DNA from: a bacterium
GTDB lineage: Bacteria > Zhuqueibacterota > Zhuqueibacteria > Oceanimicrobiales > Oceanimicrobiaceae
Direction: 5' to 3'
DNA: 34,827 nucleotides
Assembly: GCA_046757525.1 (NCBI GenBank)
Contig: JBHHYI010000027.1
Location: forward strand, 1 to 34,827
Below, piece by piece: positions 27,868 through 34,827 of this stretch. The notes under the pieces are model-generated. The model was given only the letters and a program-made list of their open reading frames with translations, was not told the DNA's origin and ran no database searches. The translations under genes and the position numbers were made by a program. Numbering within the stretch: the stretch's first letter is position 1; each line of letters begins with the position of its first letter.

Positions 27868-27884
27868 GAACTATTGCATATTAT

Positions 27885-27927
27885 CAGAAGGTGACCTTTT
27901 TCAAAAAGGTCACCTTCTTGCCAGCCT
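27885..27927. repeat. 43-bp palindromic repeat, copy 2
   Basis: Perfect 16-bp inverted repeat AGAAGGTGACCTTTTT-C-AAAAAGGTCACCTTCT plus TGCCAGCCT, immediately after the stop codon of the 1366-aa gene. Confidence 0.85.
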
Positions 27928-27928
27928 T

Positions 27929-30900
27929 CTACTTCAAGAAGATCAGCTTTTTGGCGTCCTCGAAGATGTGGATGGTGCCGCCGGTGGAGGACAACGCCAG
28001 CAGTTGGTAGATGTAGACGCCGCTGGCCAAACCGCTGGCATCGAACTCAATGACGTACTCGCCTGCTTCTTGAATGTCTTGCACCAACGTCACCACTTCC
28101 TGGCCGAGAACGTCATACACCGTCAGAGTGATTTTGGCCTGGTTGGGTAGAGAGTATTTTATCTGGGTCGTGGGATTGAATGGGTTGGGAAAATTCTGGC
28201 TCAGTGCGAAGGATTCTGGAAGCTGCGGTTCCGGCGTAAAATGCGCGCTGACAAACTCAGGCGTGCCGATGACTAGCTCAAATTCCGTTTGTAGGCTGGC
28301 CGAGTCCGGAACAAAGAAATAGGAAGGCCTGGTGCGGATGTCGATTTCTTCGGCGTTTCCTTTGTTCACCAGGATAGTGAGAAATCCCGCAGGAACGCTC
28401 TCTACATTTTGCAAGAGTAAAGAGACTGGTTGATTGGCGATGTTCGTTTTCACTTCGAGATTCCAGACTTGCCCCTCAGTAAAATTTGGGCGAAAGTCGG
28501 TGGTGAAATTTCCCGGTAGATCGACCCAATCGTCGTGTGGAAAGCGCAGGGAAACATAATCCCCCACAGGAATGGGCTCCAAATAATCGAAGGCGTCTCT
28601 TTGTTCCGCAGCAGCCGGTGCAACGCCGACGAAGTTCCGGCTGTCCCTGGCTTCACCGCACACAGCGGCGAGGCCAACAAACCAGTTGGCAGCCTGGTAA
28701 ATAGTGGAGCTGTCCTGTTGTACTGAATCCATTGCCACCGGTTTCAGGGCGATAACCGAATTAGGAACCGTGCTGAAGATGGCGAAGCCTTCCCACGGAC
28801 GAAGAATGTCCACTTCGTTCGGTAGCAGCCACTGACCGTCGAAGGCGTAAGGCCCCATGAGGTCTTCAGGACGGCCTTGCACAATTTCCACGTCCTTCCA
28901 GCTCACCGAAAAATTAAAAGGGTCGCTGAGGAAATTCCAGCCTTGCCGCAAGCTCATTTGAAAAGGCACATTGGTGGGTACCGTGGTCCCGGGGCCAGAA
29001 TCGAGCGGGTTTTGCGGTTGCTTGACCAAAAGCCAGAGAGCTTTGCCAGGGGTCAAGTCGTCGACGACTGGGAATTCGGTAAAACTCATGGTTACAGGCT
29101 CATACTGCAACAAGCGCCACTGATCTGGATCGTACGCTCCAAAGTCGTCTTCGAAGATCGACGGCGCATCCGGCCTTTCCAGGAGCAAGGGAATCGAAAT
29201 CATGCGAAAGGCCGCTTGTTCGCTGCCTGAGGGTTGCGAATCTCCTCTGGTCAAGCCCTGGTTGTTCGCGCCGGTCACATGCACCGAGACGTTGACGGGC
29301 TTTTGGAGCCAATTTTGTTCCGGGAAATGGGCAAAATTGGAGCCATCCCAGGCTTCGATATAATAATTCAGACCTTTCTCTGAAATAAGCTCAGGCCCGA
29401 GGGTTGCCTGGAAGAGGTCGCCGCCGACGTCGGTCATATCCAGCTTCTGAAACGCAGTTTGTCCGCTTGGTTTATAAAACAGGGTAGCCGCGACAACATT
29501 TCTGTTGTCCTGAATATTGGCCTGCACGGTGGCGCTTGCGCCTTCTTCTACGGTTGAGGCCACCGGGGTGTTGCTGATGCTGGGTGGCGTGGCGTCCACA
29601 GAACTGGTGTTGACAAAGGTCACGCTTTCAGCGGTCTGGAGAAACGGTTCCACATTGCCCACGTTGTCATGAGCAGCGGCTTCGAATCCGTAACTGTGCC
29701 TGTCGCTGCCCTGGAATTCAGCGGATTCACCGGCAAAATCGGTAAGCCACGGTTGCCAGGTCCCGCCATCGATTTGCACCTGGACGTCGTAGATGCCGGA
29801 AGTCCCTGCGCCGTTGCCATCGGTGGCCGTGCCGCCCCACTGCACCAGAAAGCTGGCCACAAAGCTGGTGTCCGCTGACTGCGCGCGGGCCAGGCTCGGC
29901 GGCGTAGAATCTAACGCCATCTCCGTACTGTCCGTGGCGAGGTTTCCGGCGCTGTCAGACAACGTGACGTAAAGCCGGTAGGTGCTGTCGGGAACTGCAC
30001 TCAAATCGATGGCAAGCTCCAGCGTCTGATCGTCTCCGCTGGCAAGGTTGTCCATCCGTTGCTGGGCGCCCAGACGGCCCAAATCGATTTCTCCTGCTCG
30101 AGCAAAAGGCTCATCGTATTGTATTCTAAGAATTGCCGTGCCGACCTGATTAGGGTTGTACCAGTAGGTCTGAAAGGTGGCGTTGGTGAACACCAGGCTG
30201 TCCAGGTGCGGGGGTGTGGCGTCGATGACAAAGCTTCGGGAATCGGAAGGCACACTGAAAGCGCTGCCGTCCCAGGCCTGCACGTGCCAGCGATAGAACC
30301 CATCTGGTAAAGTTTGCGGCACCTGAAAAGCAACGGAATCGGTGTTCTGAGCAACAGGGGGTGGCGGAAAAAAGCCTGTGTCTTTATCTGACTCGAAGAC
30401 AAAATCTGGTGAGCTGAAATCCCCGTTCTGAGAAATCTCGACGCGAAAATGCAGGAGATCGTCGTTTTGATCCAATGGGGCCCGCCAACGCAAGAACAGC
30501 TCTTGAGCACCGCTGTTCACAAAAGTGCGCTCAGGCGGACCTAACAATTCAGGCCGGCCCGGGGCTTGATTCTGATTGCTGGCATTCTGGTTGTCGAAAA
30601 CCTGGAAGGTGTTGGACTCCCAATTGGCGACAATTAGATCGAGGTCGCCGTCTGCGTCGAAATCGCCATAATTGACAAATCGCGGCTGTACGTCGGTGGC
30701 ATAGGTGGCAGCCAGTGCAAATTGGCCCAAACCGTCGTTGGTGAACACGTACAAGTTGCCGGAAAGCCGGTTGGTCACTGCCAGATCCGGATCGAAGTCG
30801 CCATCCCAATCCCCTACAACGAATGCCAGCGGGTCGCTACCCACCGCAAGTTCTTCAGATAAACTAAAATTCGGACTATCGTTTAGCAGAATGGAAATGG

Positions 30901-32029
30901 TGTTTGAAGTTCGATTGGCCACGGCCAGATCAAGCTGTCCGTCGAGATTAAAATCCTCCCCTATCAGGAAATGAGGCTCCTGACCCGTGTTAAGACTCTG
31001 GATTTCAACCAGCCCACCCGCCCCATCGTTTTGCAAAATGACGACCCGGTTTTCCAGGGCACTGCTCACCGCCACATCCAGGAAGCCATCGTTGTTGAAA
31101 TCGCCCAGAAAAGCGGAGCGCGGGCTTTGACCCACGGGGATGACTGTCTGGGCTTGAAAACTGCCGTCTCCACCGTTTGGCAAAACGGAAATCGAATTGC
31201 CCGCGTCGTTGACCGTTACCAAATCTGCAAAACCGTCTCCGTTTAAGTCACCGCTGGTGATGAAGGTTGGCTCGGCGTCCACCGGCAAGCTCGAATCGGC
31301 GATGACAAAATTGCCGCTTGCATCGTTGAAAAGCGAGGTCACGCTGTTGGACCTCTCGTTGGCCACCGCCAGGTCCAGGTCGCCGTCGTGATCGAAATCT
31401 GCGATAGTCAAGACGCGCGGCAGCAGGCCGACAACGATTTTGCCCTTGCGGTTGAATACGCCGTTGCTGAAGTCTTCCCAGATTTGGGCGTCGTGGGAAT
31501 TGCTGTTGGGGATGGCCAAATCTAAACGGCTGTCCCCATTCCAATCGCCGACGCCGACAAAATGAGGCCCGTCGGCCACGGCATAGGTAGAATCTAACAC
31601 GAAACTGGCCGAAGCGGCCGAGCTTTTCACATGAAAGCACCATTGAAAGCTGGCGGACAACGGCGTATTCTGGGCGCTCCTGATCCCGCTGGTTAACAGC
31701 ACGTCGACCCGTTCTCCGGATTGAAAGGGGATAGCCGGATTGAAAAGCATGGTTTTGGCGTCTGCATCGTAGACGAAAGAACCCTGGTGCAGGCCCGTCT
31801 GGTTTCCGCTAACCACAAACGATTGCGGCTGAAAGCTCGCCGGGTTCATTGCCAGATCAAACTGTACGGAGATAGTCGCATGGTCGAGATTTTGCAAGGA
31901 ATATCTGTCGGGGGAGATGTTGAGGACTCGTGGCGCCGACGCGCTTTGCGCCAGCGAATGAGGCGCCATGGTAAACACCAGGAACAAGGTTAAAAGCGCT
32001 TTCACAAAATGTTGCCCCTGTTTTGACAT
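27929..32029 (-). CDS. Large secreted FG-GAP repeat / Ig-like protein with T9SS-type C-terminal domain
   Basis: Signal peptide; N-terminal Ig-like domain; repeated D-x-N/D-x-DG-x-x-DL motifs; DSAGN/DNVGN Ig repeats; LSQNFPNPFNPTT...SGVYIY...KKLIFLK. Confidence 0.9.
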   Translation of the reverse strand: MSKQGQHFVKALLTLFLVFTMAPHSLAQSASAPRVLNISPDRYSLQNLDHATISVQFDLAMNPASFQPQSFVVSGNQTGLHQGSFVYDADAKTMLFNPAIPFQSGERVDVLLTSGIRSAQNTPLSASFQWCFHVKSSAASASFVLDSTYAVADGPHFVGVGDWNGDSRLDLAIPNSNSHDAQIWEDFSNGVFNRKGKIVVGLLPRVLTIADFDHDGDLDLAVANERSNSVTSLFNDASGNFVIADSSLPVDAEPTFITSGDLNGDGFADLVTVNDAGNSISVLPNGGDGSFQAQTVIPVGQSPRSAFLGDFNNDGFLDVAVSSALENRVVILQNDGAGGLVEIQSLNTGQEPHFLIGEDFNLDGQLDLAVANRTSNTISILLNDSPNFSLSEELAVGSDPLAFVVGDWDGDFDPDLAVTNRLSGNLYVFTNDGLGQFALAATYATDVQPRFVNYGDFDADGDLDLIVANWESNTFQVFDNQNASNQNQAPGRPELLGPPERTFVNSGAQELFLRWRAPLDQNDDLLHFRVEISQNGDFSSPDFVFESDKDTGFFPPPPVAQNTDSVAFQVPQTLPDGFYRWHVQAWDGSAFSVPSDSRSFVIDATPPHLDSLVFTNATFQTYWYNPNQVGTAILRIQYDEPFARAGEIDLGRLGAQQRMDNLASGDDQTLELAIDLSAVPDSTYRLYVTLSDSAGNLATDSTEMALDSTPPSLARAQSADTSFVASFLVQWGGTATDGNGAGTSGIYDVQVQIDGGTWQPWLTDFAGESAEFQGSDRHSYGFEAAAHDNVGNVEPFLQTAESVTFVNTSSVDATPPSISNTPVASTVEEGASATVQANIQDNRNVVAATLFYKPSGQTAFQKLDMTDVGGDLFQATLGPELISEKGLNYYIEAWDGSNFAHFPEQNWLQKPVNVSVHVTGANNQGLTRGDSQPSGSEQAAFRMISIPLLLERPDAPSIFEDDFGAYDPDQWRLLQYEPVTMSFTEFPVVDDLTPGKALWLLVKQPQNPLDSGPGTTVPTNVPFQMSLRQGWNFLSDPFNFSVSWKDVEIVQGRPEDLMGPYAFDGQWLLPNEVDILRPWEGFAIFSTVPNSVIALKPVAMDSVQQDSSTIYQAANWFVGLAAVCGEARDSRNFVGVAPAAAEQRDAFDYLEPIPVGDYVSLRFPHDDWVDLPGNFTTDFRPNFTEGQVWNLEVKTNIANQPVSLLLQNVESVPAGFLTILVNKGNAEEIDIRTRPSYFFVPDSASLQTEFELVIGTPEFVSAHFTPEPQLPESFALSQNFPNPFNPTTQIKYSLPNQAKITLTVYDVLGQEVVTLVQDIQEAGEYVIEFDASGLASGVYIYQLLALSSTGGTIHIFEDAKKLIFLK

Positions 32030-32258
32030 GATCGACCTCTTTCATTAAGACAGAAAGTTTGAAATAGTACTCCACAGTATAGAATCGGTAGCAATCGTCA
32101 GATATTGAATCTCTTACAAAAAAGTAAGCGGAGCACGTTTGTGAATTTCTGATTTATATCATTGTTTTTCGTGTCTTTTTTTCATAAATTCACACCGTTG
32201 CGGAAAGAAGGCCGCCGGTTCTGTTGACGATAGCCGGGGTCGACCATTTAGTTAAAGG

Positions 32259-32672
32259 ATGTTCACGATGGAAAACGCGGGGCTTTGGCTCACTCCTTTG
32301 ATCTTGTTGCCGGGCGTGGCCTTACTGATCTTGTCCACCTCGATGCGTTATGCGCAGATCCATGATGAAGTGCACCGCCTGTTTGAAGAAAATTACGAGG
32401 AATCCCAGGCAGTCGCTGCCTTTCTGTTAAAGCGTGCCATTCTTTTCCGTAACGCTCTGTTCAGCCTGTACACCTGTGTGGGTTTGTTTGCGCTGGCCAG
32501 CCTTGCGGGATTGGTTACAAAATTCTGGGCTTCCGCCTTAGACGAGGTCGTGATCGGCCTGACGGCTGTTGGCGTGGCAACCTTGCTGTTTGCTGCGATC
32601 CAATTAATTAAAGAGTCGCTGCTGTCCCTGGAAATCATCAAAGAACATTGGCGCAAATTTGAAAGTGATTGA
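32259..32672 (+). CDS. DUF2721-like membrane protein
   Basis: LTPLILLPGVALLILSTSMRY, three hydrophobic segments. Confidence 0.7.
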   Translation: MFTMENAGLWLTPLILLPGVALLILSTSMRYAQIHDEVHRLFEENYEESQAVAAFLLKRAILFRNALFSLYTCVGLFALASLAGLVTKFWASALDEVVIGLTAVGVATLLFAAIQLIKESLLSLEIIKEHWRKFESD

Positions 32673-32675
32673 AAG

Positions 32676-34118
32676 ATGCTTGCTCGAATTAAACAGTTGG
32701 AAAACACTGCTCGTCAATTGGAACCGGATGAACAAAAGCGGAACGCGCTGCAAACACAGGTTCTGCATTATTCCGAGGACTTCCTGAATAGAATTTACGA
32801 GCTGCCTACCTTCGTTACCTGCGAAGACAAGGGTGCCGGACTGCTCAACTCCCCCATCTCAGAAGACCCCATCGACATCGATGAAGCCTTGACCTTGCTC
32901 AAATACAACGTGGACGGGCCAGGTCTGAATCCGGCGTCGGGCGGGCACCTGGGCTACATTCCCGGTGGGGGCATCTACACCTCGGCGCTGGGCGACTATC
33001 TGGCCGACGTTTTCAACCGGTACTCGGGTGTGTTTTATGCCGGTCCAGGGGCCGTGCGCATGGAAAACATGCTGCTGGACTGGATGGCAAGCATGGTTGG
33101 CTACCCAAAAGCGGCGGCGGGCAATTTGACTTCCGGCGGCAGTGTGGCTAACTTAATCGGTATTGTGACGGCCCGGGATGCTCATGGTCTGAAAGCAAAA
33201 GAGATCGAAAAATCCGTCATTTACCTATCGAAACAGGTACACCACTCTGTCGATAAATCTTTGCGCATCGCCGGTCTCAAAGAAAGCGTGTGGCGTTACA
33301 TTCCTTTGGATGAGAAGTATCGCATGCGCGCCGACCTGCTCGAAGAGGCGATCGTGCAGGACAAGCGCTCGGGGCTCATGCCCTGGCTGGTCATCGCCTC
33401 GGCAGGCACCACCGACACTGGTGCTGTGGACCCGATGGTGGAAATCGGCGAGGTCGCCAAAACCCACGGACTGTGGTTTCATCTGGATGGGGCTTACGGC
33501 GCGTTTTTTGTGCTGTGTGAAGCAGGCAAAAAGATTCTGACGGGCATGCACACCTCTGATTCTCTGGTCATGGACCCGCACAAGGGGCTGTTTCTGCCTT
33601 ACGGGTCTGGTGCTGTTTTGGTCAAAGATCGTCAGAAACTCCTGGACGCTCACTGCTATATGCCCAATTACTTGCAAGACACCTTGAGCACCCGCGATGA
33701 GCTCTCCCCGGCCGATCTGTCGCCCGAACTCACCAAACATTTTCGCGGCCTGCGACTCTGGTTACCTTTAAAACTGCACGGCCTGGCTCCGTTCAGAGCG
33801 TGTCTGGAGGAGAAGCTGCTCCTGGCCCGTTACTTCCACAGCCGATTGCAAGAGATGCCGGGCTTTGAGGTGGGCCCTTTTCCTGATCTTTCGGTGGTGA
33901 CCTTTCGGTATCTGCCCAAACGCGGCGACCCAAATGAATTCAACAAGCGCCTGCAACAGGAAATACAAAAAGACGGTCGTGTCTTTCTCTCCTCAACTCT
34001 GCTGGAGGACACCTTTGTGATCCGTTTGGTGGTGCTGGCCTTTCGTACGCATCTACAAACGATCGATTTGACGCTCGAGATTTTACGGGAAAAGGTGAAA
34101 TTCTTAGAAGCAACCTAA
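32676..34118 (+). CDS. Group II PLP-dependent amino acid decarboxylase
   Basis: TSGGSVAN, AGTTDTGAVDP, HLDGAYG, DPHK (PLP lysine). Confidence 0.92.
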   Translation: MLARIKQLENTARQLEPDEQKRNALQTQVLHYSEDFLNRIYELPTFVTCEDKGAGLLNSPISEDPIDIDEALTLLKYNVDGPGLNPASGGHLGYIPGGGIYTSALGDYLADVFNRYSGVFYAGPGAVRMENMLLDWMASMVGYPKAAAGNLTSGGSVANLIGIVTARDAHGLKAKEIEKSVIYLSKQVHHSVDKSLRIAGLKESVWRYIPLDEKYRMRADLLEEAIVQDKRSGLMPWLVIASAGTTDTGAVDPMVEIGEVAKTHGLWFHLDGAYGAFFVLCEAGKKILTGMHTSDSLVMDPHKGLFLPYGSGAVLVKDRQKLLDAHCYMPNYLQDTLSTRDELSPADLSPELTKHFRGLRLWLPLKLHGLAPFRACLEEKLLLARYFHSRLQEMPGFEVGPFPDLSVVTFRYLPKRGDPNEFNKRLQQEIQKDGRVFLSSTLLEDTFVIRLVVLAFRTHLQTIDLTLEILREKVKFLEAT

Positions 34119-34191
34119 GACGCTGAAAAGGTTGGTGCTTTTTTGCACCAAACAAATGGTAACCTTATTGGAGAAGGTCACCGTTTTTTAG

Positions 34192-34570
34192 AAGCTCTCG
34201 CAATCCGGCAACTGCCGGATTGCTTTAAACATCGGAAACGCCAAAGCCATATCTGTCATGCAGGAGGCATCTTGTTACTGGTCAGCACTGCGCAGCCAGC
34301 GGAAAGGATTCCTCCTGAATAACACTGGAGGGAGTAATAAAGGAGACGGCGACAGCGAAGCGTTAGCAGAGAGCAATTTGCAAGTCATCCCGAGTAGGTC
34401 ACCGCTGTTCAGGTGACCGTATCGAGGGCATCGTCCTGAGCCAGACGAAGGGGTGACGGGCGTCGCCCTTCGATACGTCCCGACCCAAAAGCGGTCGGGA
34501 CTACTCAGGACGACTCCCTGTGTGCTAAAGAAAAGCGACTGTCAGTCCGCTCAAAAGGAGCGTTTCCTAA
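34192..34570. repeat. Multi-hairpin intergenic repeat element, copy 2 (inverted relative to copy 1)
   Basis: Colinear reverse-complement match to 12288-12641 with an extra 24-nt unit at 34429-34452. Confidence 0.9.
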
Positions 34571-34604
34571 GAGACAAAATTTCAAAGAACAGGAGAAGCT
34601 AAAC

Positions 34605-34827
34605 ATGCAAGGCTTAATGATGGACTACCCGCTGACCATGGACCGCATTCTGGAGCACGCCAACCGAATTTTTCCTAAAAAGCAAATCATCACTAGGCTT
34701 CCGGACGGAACCATGCATCGGTACAGCTATGCGAATCTGTACAAAAGGGTCAAGCGACTGGCCAATGCGTTAGGCGCCTTGGGCATAAAGCCAGGAGATC
34801 GTGTGGGTACCTTCGCCTGGAACAATT
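34605..34827 (+). CDS. Long/medium-chain fatty acid-CoA ligase, 5' part (runs off the window)
   Basis: AGGAG RBS; translates as [19 protein letters not shown]...[23 protein letters not shown], a typical AMP-binding enzyme N-terminus; absent from the ORF track because it has no stop. Confidence 0.85.
   Translation, partial: MQGLMMDYPLTMDRILEHANRIFPKKQIITRLPDGTMHRYSYANLYKRVKRLANALGALGIKPGDRVGTFAWNN

Noticed and set aside
1..34827. CRISPR array, tRNA, rRNA, transposase or integrase genes; many short antisense ORFs
   Set aside because: No regularly spaced repeat-spacer array or RNA gene signature seen; antisense and alternate-frame ORFs overlap well-supported genes and lack motifs

Overview
Bacterial genomic window with T9SS-type C-terminal sorting domains, which suggests an FCB-superphylum host such as KSB1, Calditrichota or Ignavibacteria (inference). 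The first ~12 kb is a + strand respiratory cluster. It holds a fused cytochrome b/subunit-IV gene, a pentaheme cytochrome c, a diheme-c/heme-b gamma-type subunit, and a Tat-exported DMSO-reductase type II molybdoenzyme closely resembling periplasmic Nitrospira/anammox-type nitrite oxidoreductase/nitrate reductase (alpha, beta, TorD-like chaperone). Three unexplained accessory ORFs lie in the same cluster. The rest is mixed housekeeping and accessory genes: DUF488, cupin, DUF3078-like, an NAD(P)-dependent dehydrogenase, a SpoU methyltransferase, a PAS hybrid kinase, a SpoIIE phosphatase, an OPT transporter, msrA, two secreted CTD proteins, a PLP decarboxylase and the start of an acyl-CoA ligase. 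Non-coding DNA contains two inverted copies of a ~350-380 bp multi-hairpin element, a 138-bp MITE with terminal inverted repeats and an 8-bp target duplication, and a repeated palindrome. All calls come from reading the sequence by eye; no searches were run.
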